Source: an uncultured Planctomycetia bacterium (lineage in GTDB: Bacteria > Omnitrophota > Gorgyraeia > Gorgyraeales > Gorgyraeaceae). Taken from it: a stretch of 39,876 nt of DNA. The notes beneath the pieces were generated by a model that saw nothing but the letters and a program-made list of their open reading frames with translations, had not been told where the DNA came from and searched no databases. The stretch lies in contig CAZEGO010000001.1 of the NCBI GenBank assembly GCA_964511955.1, forward strand, positions 1 through 39,876, read 5' to 3'. The position numbers and the translations under genes were made by a program. Position 1 is the stretch's first letter, and every line of letters starts with the position of its first letter. Below, one piece after another: positions 23,134 through 32,241 of the stretch.

Positions 23134-23802
23134 TCAGGATATGGTTATGATAAGGTCACCGGTATGATTACAGCATGGGCATGTTTTACCCTGCCCTCTT
23201 AATCTGAGTTTCTGGCCCCTTCTCGTGCCGGGTTTTATGTTAAGGGTAAGCTCTTTGCCTTTATGCCTGAACGTGGCCTCTCCTCCTTTGGAGAGAAGTC
23301 TGTCGGGTATATTGAGGCCGGCGTGAATATCGGTATCGGTTTCTTCTCTGTCACGGGCATGGCGCGCTCCGGAATTAAATATATATGCTTTGCCGCCTCT
23401 TCCGCCCATGTGGTTAAAAGCATCAAAGATATCCTCGAAATCAAAACCACCCGAGTAACAGGTTCTTTTTCCGGAGGTTTTGCCTCTGCGTCCCAATCCG
23501 CCGAAATGCCTGAGTATCTCCTCGAAATCAAACCCGTGTTGTCCGGCGAAATCACCGGTACCGAAGTTACCCGCTCCCCCATTTCTGTAGGCATCGTATT
23601 CGGCCCTTCTTTTTTCATCGCTCAGGACGTAATATGCCTCTGATATCTCCTTGAATTTTTCCTCGGCTTGTTTCTTATCGGTACCCGATGCCCTGTCAGG
23701 ATGGTGTTTTAGCGCAAGCCCTCTGTACGCCTTCTTGATAGAGTCAAGTGTCGCTCCTTCCGGAACACCCAGTATTTTATAATAATCTTTTGTAGACATC
23801 AT
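23134..23802 (-). CDS. J-domain co-chaperone (DnaJ/CbpA-like, no central zinc-finger domain)
   Basis: [33 protein letters not shown] with the HPD motif, a G/F-rich linker, and a short DnaJ_C-like tail. Confidence 0.85.
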   Translation of the reverse strand: MMSTKDYYKILGVPEGATLDSIKKAYRGLALKHHPDRASGTDKKQAEEKFKEISEAYYVLSDEKRRAEYDAYRNGGAGNFGTGDFAGQHGFDFEEILRHFGGLGRRGKTSGKRTCYSGGFDFEDIFDAFNHMGGRGGKAYIFNSGARHARDREETDTDIHAGLNIPDRLLSKGGEATFRHKGKELTLNIKPGTRRGQKLRLRGQGKTCPCCNHTGDLIITIS

Positions 23803-23806
23803 TAAT

Positions 23807-26392
23807 TTATCCTCTTTTTATGGCGAAATCCCCGGATTTTTCCTCATAATCCACGACTACCCGGGAATTTTCCCTGATATCCCCTTTAAGCAATTTCAGC
23901 GCTATTCTATCATAAATCTTTCTCTGTATGAGCCGTTTCAAAGGTCTCGCCCCGAAAGCCGGGTCAAATCCTTCTCTTGAAAGCTCCTCTTTGGCTTTTT
24001 TAGTGACCTTGGCTTCTATAAACCTCTCTCCCAGGCGTGATTTTAGATCTTTTAACTGCAGTTCTATTATGTTTTCCAGGTCCTTTTCCGTAAGTTTATT
24101 GAAGACTATTATCTCATCGAGGCGGTTCAAAAATTCGGGCCTGAAATGCTGTCTTAAAAGTTCCTGTATTCTGCCTTTGATCGAACTCGTATCTCTAATC
24201 TCCTGTATAAGCTCCGTGCCTATGTTCGAGGTCATTATGATTATGGTATTTTTAAAATTTACTTGCCTTCCCTGCCCGTCTGTCATGCGGCCGTCATCAA
24301 ATACCTGCAAAAGCGCGTTGAACACGTCCGTATGCGCCTTTTCTATCTCATCGAAAAGGATGACCGTATAAGGCCTGCGGCGCACGGCCTCGGTAAGCTG
24401 CCCGCCTTCCTCGTATCCCACGTAACCCGGAGGCGCGCCTATAAGACGGCTTACGGAATGTTTTTCCATGTATTCCGACATGTCTATGCGCACCATGGCT
24501 TTTTCGTCGTCGAATAAAAACCTCGCCAGGTTTTTTGCGAGATAAGTTTTACCGACTCCGGTGGGGCCTATAAACATAAAGGTCCCTATAGGCCTGTCAG
24601 GATCCTGAAGGCCGCTCCTGGAGCGCCTTATGGCATTTGATATAAGCGATACCGCCTCATCCTGTCCTATTACCTTTTTCCTGAGACGTTCTTCCATGGA
24701 CACAAGTTTCTCTATCTCACCCTGCATAAGCCTTGAAACCGGTATGCCCGTCCATCTTGATATAATCTCCGCTATATTTTCCTCGGTTACTTCTTCCTTG
24801 AGTATATGTCCCTGTTTTTGCAGTTTGGCAAAATCTCCGTTCTTCTCCTCGAGCTCTTTACTCAGTTTGGGTAAGTCACCATAACGAATCTCCGCGGCCC
24901 TGGCTAACTCTCCCTGTCTTTCGGCCTGGGCTTCCCCGGCTTTTAAATGTTCTATCCTTTCTTTGATCGCGCGTATATCGGTAATAATTTCTCTTTCTCT
25001 TTTCCAGCGCAGTTTTTTCTCGGATGATTTTTCCTTAAGTTCGGATATGTCTTTCTCAAGAGCTTTAAGCCTTTCCTTTGAAGAAGAATCTTTTTCTTTT
25101 TTCAGCGCTTCTTTTTCTATCTCCAGCTGCATAAGCCTGCGATCAAGTTCGTCTATTTCCGTGGGAAGGCTGTCTATCTCCATCTTTAGTTTTGACGCGG
25201 CCTCATCTATAAGGTCTATCGCTTTGTCGGGAAGGTGCCTTTCCGTTATATATCGGTTCGATAGAGTGGCGGCCGCTATAAGAGCCGAGTCTTTTATGCG
25301 AACCCCGTGATAGACTTCATATCTTTCCTTAAGGCCTCTTAATATCGATATGGTATCCTCGACTGTAGGTTCGCCTACATATACAGGTTGAAACCTCCTC
25401 TCAAGGGCCTTGTCTTTCTCCACATGCTTGCGGTATTCGTCGAGAGTAGTAGCCCCTATGCAACGCAGGTCCCCTCTCGCTAACGCCGGTTTGAGCATAT
25501 TCGACGCGTCCATCGCTCCTTCGGCCTGGCCCGCTCCAACTAAAGTATGAAGCTCGTCCACGAAAAGTATAATCTCGCCGTCTGATTTTTCAATTTCCCT
25601 TAATACAGCTTTTAAACGGTCTTCGAATTCACCCCGAAATTTTGAGCCCGCCACAAGCGAACCTAAATCAAGAGCAACTATGCGTTTATTCTTAAGAGAA
25701 TTAGGAACATCTTGATAGGCTATACGCCGGGCAAGCCCCTCCACTATGGCTGTTTTGCCGGTGCCGGCCTCCCCTATCAATACGGGGTTGTTTTTGGTCC
25801 TTCGCGATAATACGTGCATAACGCGCCGTATCTCGTTATCTCTGCCTATCACCGGATCCAGTTTTTCCCTGTATGCCAGTTCCGTTAGATCACGTGTGTA
25901 TTTTTCCAGAGAGCGGTATTTCTGCTCGGCATTCTGGTCCGTGGCGCGATGACTTCCTCTTATGTCCTTTACTGTGGCTAAAATAGCTTTACGGGTTAGG
26001 CTATATTTGGAAAATATTGACTTTATTCCTTTATCCCGCGATTCAGCCAAAGCAAGAAGAAGATGCTCGCTGGATACATATTCATCTTTCAGGGACGAGG
26101 CTTCTTTAGATGCCTGTTTGAATATCCCCTGAAGCTCGTTCGAAAGATAGACCTCATTATTGCCGGATTCTATCTCGGGATTCTCTTTTACAAGGGAAAG
26201 AATTTCTTTTTCGAGCGCGTTTGCGGGCACGCCTAATTTCTCGAACATCACTGTCGCCAGTCCGTGTTTTTCTTTGATAAGGCTCAGCAAAAGATGAGCG
26301 GGCGTCACCTGTTGGTGAGACTTTTCACGCGCCATTCCTACGGCCTCTTCTATGGCGCTCTGCGCTTTATAAGTAAAATTATCGAATCTCAT
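23807..26392 (-). CDS. clpB: ClpB disaggregase (AAA+ class 1, two NBDs with long middle coiled coil)
   Basis: Clp_N repeats, [15 protein letters not shown] (Walker A1), a long coiled-coil M-domain, GPTGVGKT (Walker A2), and [10 protein letters not shown]. Confidence 0.95.
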   Translation of the reverse strand: MRFDNFTYKAQSAIEEAVGMAREKSHQQVTPAHLLLSLIKEKHGLATVMFEKLGVPANALEKEILSLVKENPEIESGNNEVYLSNELQGIFKQASKEASSLKDEYVSSEHLLLALAESRDKGIKSIFSKYSLTRKAILATVKDIRGSHRATDQNAEQKYRSLEKYTRDLTELAYREKLDPVIGRDNEIRRVMHVLSRRTKNNPVLIGEAGTGKTAIVEGLARRIAYQDVPNSLKNKRIVALDLGSLVAGSKFRGEFEDRLKAVLREIEKSDGEIILFVDELHTLVGAGQAEGAMDASNMLKPALARGDLRCIGATTLDEYRKHVEKDKALERRFQPVYVGEPTVEDTISILRGLKERYEVYHGVRIKDSALIAAATLSNRYITERHLPDKAIDLIDEAASKLKMEIDSLPTEIDELDRRLMQLEIEKEALKKEKDSSSKERLKALEKDISELKEKSSEKKLRWKREREIITDIRAIKERIEHLKAGEAQAERQGELARAAEIRYGDLPKLSKELEEKNGDFAKLQKQGHILKEEVTEENIAEIISRWTGIPVSRLMQGEIEKLVSMEERLRKKVIGQDEAVSLISNAIRRSRSGLQDPDRPIGTFMFIGPTGVGKTYLAKNLARFLFDDEKAMVRIDMSEYMEKHSVSRLIGAPPGYVGYEEGGQLTEAVRRRPYTVILFDEIEKAHTDVFNALLQVFDDGRMTDGQGRQVNFKNTIIIMTSNIGTELIQEIRDTSSIKGRIQELLRQHFRPEFLNRLDEIIVFNKLTEKDLENIIELQLKDLKSRLGERFIEAKVTKKAKEELSREGFDPAFGARPLKRLIQRKIYDRIALKLLKGDIRENSRVVVDYEEKSGDFAIKRG

Positions 26393-26430
26393 ATCTTCAC
26401 TCTCCTTACTATAAAAGACAAATCCGGCAA

Positions 26431-26462
26431 ATTAAGCCGCGGCGAGCAAACACCGCGGCTTA
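26431..26462 (-). terminator. stem-loop between the hsp20 pair and clpB (possible partial terminator)
   Basis: TTAAGCCGCGG-10 nt loop-CCGCGGCTTAA (perfect 11-bp stem). On the minus strand it is followed by TTTGCCGGATTTGTCTTTT. No convincing clpB promoter lies downstream, so read-through is likely. Confidence 0.5.
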
Positions 26463-26471
26463 AAACTGAAT

Positions 26472-26846
26472 CTATTCTTTTATTTCTATTTTTTTTGGCT
26501 GAGACGCCGCGACTCTAACCAGTATCACTTTCAAAACGCCGTTCCGATATTCGGCGCTTATTTTATTTCTGTCTATGTCATCCCCTATTATAAACGCCCT
26601 TTCGTACTCAAGCGGACACCTCTCCTTATGGATTATCGTATAACCCTTGGGTATGCTTTCCTGAAACTGCTTTGTCCTGCCGCGCAACGTAAGCTCGTCC
26701 CCCTTAAGGTCAAGTGATACATCCTCTTTAGCCAGACCGCTCATCTCAGCCTCTATCACTACTTCATTATCGTTTTCCGTTATGTTTACCAGCGGTTCTA
26801 TAACGTGTATCTTGCACTGATTTTTTTTATTGTTTATGAATGCCAT
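26472..26846 (-). CDS. Hsp20/alpha-crystallin small heat-shock protein
   Basis: EVVIEAEMSGLAKEDVSLDLKGDELTLRG...YERAFIIGDDIDRNKISAEYRNGVLKVIL. Confidence 0.9.
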   Translation of the reverse strand: MAFINNKKNQCKIHVIEPLVNITENDNEVVIEAEMSGLAKEDVSLDLKGDELTLRGRTKQFQESIPKGYTIIHKERCPLEYERAFIIGDDIDRNKISAEYRNGVLKVILVRVAASQPKKIEIKE

Positions 26847-26859
26847 GGTACATTCCTCC

Positions 26860-27330
26860 TTATTTTACGTCTATCTTGAGTTGTTTTGGCCTGGCTTCTT
26901 CTTTTTTAGGTAATACAATCTCCAGAACGCCGTTCATATAAGAAGCGTTTACCTTTTCCGAATCCACTTCCGAAGGTAATCGCAATGTCCTGTTGAATGA
27001 GCCGTAGAACCTTTCCGTCCTTACAAAATCTTTCTCTTTTGTCTTGTTTTCCTGTTTCTTTTCACCCTTTATTACTAAGGTATCTCCGTGGACGGAAATG
27101 TCAATTTCGTCCTTTTTCATTCCGGGAACATCGGCCTTAACCATGATGTTATCTTTGGAATCGTAGATATCTATGGCCGGGTTCCAAGCCCCTTCTAAAA
27201 GCCCGCTCTCCCTGGTTTTTAAACCTCCGAGGGATGAGTCAAAAAGCCGGTTCATTTCGTTTTGAATTCTCTCGAGATCCTGAAAAGGATCCCACCACAT
27301 CTCTTTCGGTCTCCAAGGTATAAGCGCCAT
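26860..27330 (-). CDS. Hsp20/alpha-crystallin small heat-shock protein (IbpA-like)
   Basis: PAIDIYDSKDNIMVKADVPGMKKDEIDISVHGDTLVIKGEKK...ERFYGSFNRTLRLPSEVDSEKVNASYMNGVLEIVLPK. ATG at 27328-27330, 8 nt after AAGGAGG. The track's GTG at 27339 is less likely. Confidence 0.9.
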   Translation of the reverse strand: MALIPWRPKEMWWDPFQDLERIQNEMNRLFDSSLGGLKTRESGLLEGAWNPAIDIYDSKDNIMVKADVPGMKKDEIDISVHGDTLVIKGEKKQENKTKEKDFVRTERFYGSFNRTLRLPSEVDSEKVNASYMNGVLEIVLPKKEEARPKQLKIDVK

Positions 27331-27349
27331 AACAAACACCTCCTTTTTA

Positions 27350-27376
27350 CTGGCACTCTTTACTTAAGAGTGCCAA
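27350..27376. promoter_or_regulatory. CIRCE-like inverted repeat CTGGCACTC-N9-GAGTGCCAA
   Basis: Compare the CIRCE consensus TTAGCACTC-N9-GAGTGCTAA: 7/9 and 8/9 arm matches with the exact 9-nt spacer. Sits immediately upstream of the hsp20 RBS and 19 nt downstream of the MerR/HspR-like stop. Confidence 0.6.
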
Positions 27377-27394
27377 TTTTAGGTTAAAAAATTT

Positions 27395-27700
27395 TTAGCT
27401 TTTCTCATATTTCTCTTCCATCTCCAATATTATTTTTAAACCTTCTGCTTTAACTTTTTTTTTCTTCATGTAATACCAACATTTTTTCAACTTCAGTAAC
27501 TCTTTTTTTGAGTATAGTCTTGCTTTGCCTTTCCTGCGCGGCGGGCTTACTATCTCCTCATTGTCCAATTGTTTAAGTACGTGCACAGGAACATCCAGGA
27601 GCCTACAGATAACGCCCGTTGTAAAAACAGGCTCGTCACTCGAAATATCAAATTCATTCAACATTTCCGTGTCCTTCTCTTTATCTTTTCTCCAAGACAT
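27395..27700 (-). CDS. MerR-family heat-shock-type regulator (HspR-like)
   Basis: HTH FTTGVICRLLDVPVHVLKQLDNEEIVSPPRRKGKARLYSKKELLKLKK. Start chosen at MSWRKDKE (GAAGGAGAG RBS). The track start at 27760 is the TTG of the putative -35. Confidence 0.75.
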   Translation of the reverse strand: MSWRKDKEKDTEMLNEFDISSDEPVFTTGVICRLLDVPVHVLKQLDNEEIVSPPRRKGKARLYSKKELLKLKKCWYYMKKKKVKAEGLKIILEMEEKYEKS

Positions 27701-27731
27701 ACTAAATCGCTCTCCTTCGCTCCCAATATGG

Positions 27732-27760
27732 AGAATATCATAAAATCGTAATTTTGTCAA
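27732..27760 (-). promoter_or_regulatory. candidate promoter of the MerR/HspR-like gene (TTGACA-17-TATTCT with TGn)
   Basis: Minus strand reads TTGACAaaattacgattttaTGaTATTCT. Confidence 0.4.
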
Positions 27761-27837
27761 GTATTTTAGTAATTTTTTTTCTTATTTTCGAAATATAATT
27801 TTATAAAATAATCTTGAAGTTATAGCCCTGTGTATTA

Positions 27838-29244
27838 TTATCTTTTTTTGAGAGGTGGATATTTTTTATCGAACGGGCCCGTATATATCGCCCTGGGCCT
27901 GAATATACGGTTATTCTCCAGATACTCTAACACTCTCGCCGTCCATCCGGATACGCGGCTTACCGCGAAAATCGGAGTAAACAGGTCCATAGGTATACCC
28001 AGATATGAATACACTATACCTGAGTAAAAGTCCACGTTCGGAAAGATATTTTTCTTCGCCCCCAGAGTAGATACTACCTTTTGCTCGAGTTTTTTCGCCG
28101 TCTTAAAACGAGAAGCCTTTTTCCTATCGTCGATATTTTTTACCATATACTCGGCCAAAGGCGCTAACACTCTCGCCCTGGGATCGTATGCCTTGTATAC
28201 CCTGTGACCGAATCCCATTATCTTGGCTTTTTTGGACCTGGCCCTAGAATACCATGAGTCTACTTTGGACGGACCTCCTATTTCGTTAAGCATCTTCAGT
28301 ACTTCTTCGTTGGCTCCGCCGTGTAAAGGCCCGCTAAGAGCGGCTATCCCCGACCCTATAGCCAGATAGATATCCGAAAGCGTGGATGCCACGACCATGG
28401 TCGCGAAAGTACTGGCGTTCATCCCGTGGTCAGCGTGAAGTATAAGAGCCACGTCCATAATGCGTTCCTCCGCCGGAGTTGGTATTTTTCCGGTAATCAT
28501 ATAAAGCAGATTACCTGCGTGACTGAGTTTCGGATGCGGTGATATAGGCATTTTCCCCTGCCTTGCCCGGGAAATAGCAGCAGCTATTGTTGATACTCCG
28601 GATATAAGATGATATACGGCTTCCATGCCTGTGGGTGGTTCAAGATTTTTATCGATGTCTTTGGGTTTTGATTCTCTCTGCCGGTTTTTAAACTCATATA
28701 TGGCATGCTTCTCTCCTCTGGGCCTGGTTTCCATAGGTATAGAATCCTCGTCAGCGCTTATGTTCGGGGCATCCGGCTTATAGGTATCTTTATCTACGTA
28801 AGTAAGCTCATGTCGCATGAAATTCGTACCGATGCGCAGAGCGGCCATGGCGTTCATCTGCTCAACAGGAAAACTCAGCAAAAGACGTATCGTATTGGGT
28901 ATATTACGGCATTTCACCATGGTATTCTTAAAATTCTCCATTTGTTTTCCTGTTGGAAGATTACCGTGCACAAGGAGATATGAAACCTCCTCGAAGGTGG
29001 AATGGGCAGCGAGGTCGAATATATCATATCCTCTGTAAAGAAGCCACCCTTTTGAGCCGTTTACATACCCGACTTTACTGTGGCAAGCTATGGCGCCCTC
29101 GAGCCCCGGCCCCACCGTACACTCGATAGGCCATTTGGTAAACTGAGTAAACTGTGGCTCAGGCGCGGAACTGGTCTCTTCCCTGGCCTTTTTTCCGGCT
29201 TCCAATATTATTTTCGTGATATCTTTTGTTTTTGCCCTTATCAT
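27838..29244 (-). CDS. citrate synthase family enzyme
   Basis: LILHADHGMNASTFA, GPLHGGANEEV, GFGHRVYKAYDPRA. Specificity for citrate versus 2-methylcitrate cannot be resolved by eye. Confidence 0.9.
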   Translation of the reverse strand: MIRAKTKDITKIILEAGKKAREETSSAPEPQFTQFTKWPIECTVGPGLEGAIACHSKVGYVNGSKGWLLYRGYDIFDLAAHSTFEEVSYLLVHGNLPTGKQMENFKNTMVKCRNIPNTIRLLLSFPVEQMNAMAALRIGTNFMRHELTYVDKDTYKPDAPNISADEDSIPMETRPRGEKHAIYEFKNRQRESKPKDIDKNLEPPTGMEAVYHLISGVSTIAAAISRARQGKMPISPHPKLSHAGNLLYMITGKIPTPAEERIMDVALILHADHGMNASTFATMVVASTLSDIYLAIGSGIAALSGPLHGGANEEVLKMLNEIGGPSKVDSWYSRARSKKAKIMGFGHRVYKAYDPRARVLAPLAEYMVKNIDDRKKASRFKTAKKLEQKVVSTLGAKKNIFPNVDFYSGIVYSYLGIPMDLFTPIFAVSRVSGWTARVLEYLENNRIFRPRAIYTGPFDKKYPPLKKR

Positions 29245-29310
29245 TTATTATACCCTCCCGATATTTCGTTATAAATATAAAACTAAGACAAAGATATTAT
29301 ACTCTACTAT

Positions 29311-29592
29311 TCAGATAATCTCCATATTTATATTCGTTATATCTATTAAATAGCTGTTTTCTATATAATTCAGGATATTGTCCAATATAGAATTAACGTG
29401 GCGTTTCCGGTTGGAAACGACGGCTATGCCTATCCTGCCATGGCTGTAAACATCCAGAAAATCCACCTCGGCCATCGATACGTTAAACCTGTTCCTCACC
29501 CTCCCGATAACACTCTTGACCACAGCTCGCTTCTCCTTAAGACTGCGGCACCCATGAAGGTCAAAATCAAGAGTAAGTGTCCCGATAATCAT
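29311..29592 (-). CDS. DUF503 (YlxP-like) protein
   Basis: MIIGTLTLDFDLHGCRSLKEKRAVVKSVIGRVRNRFNVSMAEV...GIAVVSN is the typical DUF503 pattern. Confidence 0.8.
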   Translation of the reverse strand: MIIGTLTLDFDLHGCRSLKEKRAVVKSVIGRVRNRFNVSMAEVDFLDVYSHGRIGIAVVSNRKRHVNSILDNILNYIENSYLIDITNINMEII

Positions 29593-29675
29593 AAGAAAAT
29601 ATTACAAAATAACCGGCCCGTCCTCAATCCAAAAAAAATACATCTCAAGAGTTAAAATATTTCACATTTCAAGTA

Positions 29676-29708
29676 TTGCACATTTGAGGTAATACCTGAA
29701 ATGTGCAA
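29676..29708. promoter_or_regulatory. 33-bp near-perfect palindrome TTGCACATTTGAGG-TAATA-CCTGAAATGTGCAA with an adjacent third half-site
   Basis: Arms match at 13/14 positions. A direct-repeat copy TTTCACATTTCAAG lies at 29660-29673. All lie in the 260-bp spacer upstream of the DUF503 gene. Confidence 0.5.
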
Positions 29709-29813
29709 TTAGTTCTTATGTTTCGTGTTTTTACTTTTTTTAGTATAAACATTAAAACCTCTTTTCCCTGTTAAGTTATCAGCTTTCAGTTAAAGAAGGT
29801 TTTGTATTTTGCC

Positions 29814-29844
29814 AATTCGACACTTCAGGTAGTAGTGTCGAATT
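29814..29844. other. 11-bp stem hairpin 8 nt after the deaminase stop
   Basis: AATTCGACACT-9 nt-AGTGTCGAATT. No U-tract on the minus strand, so terminator function is doubtful. Confidence 0.35.
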
Positions 29845-29852
29845 ATTATTCC

Positions 29853-30290
29853 TTATTTTCCGATATCCTCATTCCATAGCTCGAGGTTTTGATTTATGAA
29901 ATCGCGCATCATGTTTATGCAGGTTCGATCCTGGAGGACCCGGAATTCGATACCTTTTGATTTCAGGTGAGATTCGTCTCCCGTGAAGGTTTTATTTTCT
30001 CCTATTATTATTTTCGGGATACCATATAGGATTATGGCGCCTGAACACATGGGACACGGGGATAGAGTAGTATATAGAATGGACTCCTTATATACTGACG
30101 CCGGTTGGCGTCCGGCATTTTCCAGGGCGTCCATCTCGGCGTGAAGAATAGCGCTTTTTTTCTGGACGCGTCTGTTATGGCCCCTTCCTATTATTTTATT
30201 TTTGCAGACTACGACAGAGCCTATGGGAATGCCGCCCTCATTCAGTCCTTTTTTCGCTTCCTCAACAGCCGCTTTCATGAATTCATCCAT
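29853..30290 (-). CDS. Fcy1-type (CDA-fold) cytosine deaminase
   Basis: GHNRRVQKKSAILHAEMDALENAGR...LYTTLSPCPMCSGAIILYGIPKIIIGEN...DFINQNLELWNEDIGK closely parallels yeast-type cytosine deaminase, including the HAE and PCxxC zinc motifs. Confidence 0.8.
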   Translation of the reverse strand: MDEFMKAAVEEAKKGLNEGGIPIGSVVVCKNKIIGRGHNRRVQKKSAILHAEMDALENAGRQPASVYKESILYTTLSPCPMCSGAIILYGIPKIIIGENKTFTGDESHLKSKGIEFRVLQDRTCINMMRDFINQNLELWNEDIGK

Positions 30291-30303
30291 AATGTTAACC
30301 TTC

Positions 30304-31479
30304 TCAGAAAATTTTATTGAAAATATATCCCAGGATTATTACCTGAGGTACGGTTACGATGGGGAGCCATATGGCTGTTTTTCTGCCTACATTGTGCCAC
30401 AGGAGACCTATCTCGGTATAGTCGGTGGCCACCCCGGCCATAAGGAAGACGAAGCTGTTGCCGAACGCTTTTGTCTGGTTGAATATCTCGAACGCCATGG
30501 GAGCCGAACCTTCGGAACAGACTTCTATTATCGTAGCTATCACCAGTGTCACAACAAGACCTATTATAGTCGGGCCCATATAGTTCTGAAAAAATCCGGT
30601 AGGGATATAGGCTCCCGCTAATGAAGCAAGCCCCATACCTATTAAAATCCACCATAACACCATATTGCTCAGGGAGACCGCTCCGCTCCATATGCCTTTC
30701 GCGTCCGAGACCAGAGTGTCCCAGGAAAACTTATAACTCCCGGCTCTTTTCTTTATGTCTTTTATAACAGAGAAGTCTTTTTCCAGCTCCGGAGTATTTT
30801 TGTTCTTCTCGACCAGACCCTTTTTCTCAAGGAACTGGAAGATAAAGCCCGTGATTATGGCTATTACTATAGCGGAGAGAACAAGAAATAACGCCTTAAT
30901 ACCGAAAAAACCTATAAGCATTATAGTAACTGTAAGATTAGCCCAGGGGCTCGCCAGGAGAAATGAGACTACCGACGGAGTAGAAGCGCCTTTTTTATGA
31001 AGCTGAATGGAAAGAGCGAGTATACCATGAGAACACGCGCTCATTAAAAAACCCAAAATCACAGAGTTTAAAATAGATTTTTTACCCGGTTTCGCTAATA
31101 AAGAAGTGACGTATTCGCGCGGTATATAATAGTCTATCACGCCTCCCAGAAAAAGACCGAGAGCGACCGCCCACCATATCATAGTGAAATAACCGAAAAA
31201 CTCCGCCCTGAAAGGCGAAAGTACCGGGAAAAGATAAGAAAGCCCCACCAGAACGGCCAAAAGAGAAGCGACTATAAAGGTCCTGTTCTTATAAAAAGAT
31301 GCGCCCCGGTTCGCCTCACAGCAGGACGCCTTTTCTTGCGGGATACCGTGTTCCCCGGCGAATTTCCTCAGGCAATGTTTGCCGCAGAAATAATACGTTT
31401 TACCCTCGTGCTCGATTTTAAGAGCGTTGTCTTCCGCAACATCCATACCACATACAGGATCTTTTCTTTTTCCGGTCAT
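30304..31479 (-). CDS. permease (COG0701/ArsP-like) with N-terminal YHS/TRASH metal-binding domain
   Basis: DPVCGMDVAEDNALKIEHEGKTYYFCGKHCLRKF followed by ~10 predicted TM segments. Confidence 0.75.
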   Translation of the reverse strand: MTGKRKDPVCGMDVAEDNALKIEHEGKTYYFCGKHCLRKFAGEHGIPQEKASCCEANRGASFYKNRTFIVASLLAVLVGLSYLFPVLSPFRAEFFGYFTMIWWAVALGLFLGGVIDYYIPREYVTSLLAKPGKKSILNSVILGFLMSACSHGILALSIQLHKKGASTPSVVSFLLASPWANLTVTIMLIGFFGIKALFLVLSAIVIAIITGFIFQFLEKKGLVEKNKNTPELEKDFSVIKDIKKRAGSYKFSWDTLVSDAKGIWSGAVSLSNMVLWWILIGMGLASLAGAYIPTGFFQNYMGPTIIGLVVTLVIATIIEVCSEGSAPMAFEIFNQTKAFGNSFVFLMAGVATDYTEIGLLWHNVGRKTAIWLPIVTVPQVIILGYIFNKIF

Positions 31480-31482
31480 AGC

Positions 31483-32211
31483 TTATCGGCTCCTTATTTT
31501 TGACAATAGCCTTAAAAGTTCAAGATAAAGCCATATAAGCGTTACTATTAAAGCGAAAGCTCCAAACCATTCCATGTATTTGGGCACACCGTATTCGGAA
31601 CCTTTCTCTATGAAATCGAAATCAAGGACGAGATTCAAAGCAGCTATTCCTACGACCACTAAACTGAATCCTATGCCCAAAGGACCTGACTCATGTATGA
31701 AGGGCATCCTGGCGCCGAAAAAACTCATGACTATACTTATGATATAAATAAGCGCTATGGCCCCGGTAGCGGCAGCCACTCCCATCCTGAATTTATCGGT
31801 TACCTTTATTATCCCTGACTTGTAAATAACCAGCATGCAAAACAAAACTCCGAAAGTAAGTGTCACCGCCTGTATGACAATTCCCGGATAGCTCATCTCA
31901 AAAATAGCGGATATCCCGCCTATAACCACGCCTTCGACCAAAGCGTAAACGGGAGCCGTTATACCGGCCCATTCTTTCTTAAAAATCGTGACCATGGCCA
32001 GAATAAAACCTATGATAAGAGCGGGCATTATAAGCCCGGTTAACTGGCGTACATTTCCCCACACCCACGCAGCGCTTAACAGGGCCAGCACCATTAAAAT
32101 AAAAGTCTTGTTCATGGTGCCCCGAACCGTCATCGCGTTCGACTCATCCTGTGCGCGCGAAGCGGAACTGAATACACTGCCTTTTAAGGCCGGATTTCCG
32201 GAACGCATCAT
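31483..32211 (-). CDS. Bax-inhibitor-1/YccA-family membrane protein
   Basis: MRSGNPALKG N-terminus and seven hydrophobic segments, as is typical of the family. Confidence 0.75.
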   Translation of the reverse strand: MMRSGNPALKGSVFSSASRAQDESNAMTVRGTMNKTFILMVLALLSAAWVWGNVRQLTGLIMPALIIGFILAMVTIFKKEWAGITAPVYALVEGVVIGGISAIFEMSYPGIVIQAVTLTFGVLFCMLVIYKSGIIKVTDKFRMGVAAATGAIALIYIISIVMSFFGARMPFIHESGPLGIGFSLVVVGIAALNLVLDFDFIEKGSEYGVPKYMEWFGAFALIVTLIWLYLELLRLLSKIRSR

Positions 32212-32241
32212 TTTTAACCTCCCTGTCTTTAATCTTCATTC

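Noticed and set aside
23235-23618. Nested or out-of-frame minus-strand ORFs: 23235-23618, 9025-9267, 30314-30691, 33355-33570, 37704-38033
   Set aside because: They are alternative frames inside the J-protein, Gly-zipper lipoprotein, YHS-permease, SufB/D and MenA-like genes. Their composition is Arg/Gly-rich and they have no motifs.
27351-27375. The TGGCACTCTT-N5-AAGAGTGCCA hairpin as a rho-independent terminator of the MerR/HspR-like gene or as an RNA thermometer
   Set aside because: On the minus strand it is followed by GTAAAAAGGAGG with no U-tract, and the Shine-Dalgarno sequence is not part of the stem. Its match to CIRCE with the 9-nt spacer is the better explanation.
28560-28760. A possible charged insertion (..KPDAPNISADEDSIPMETRPRGEKHAIYEFKNRQRESKPKDIDKNLEPP..) in the citrate synthase
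   Set aside because: Without an alignment I cannot tell whether this is an insertion or a normal variable loop of this citrate synthase subfamily.
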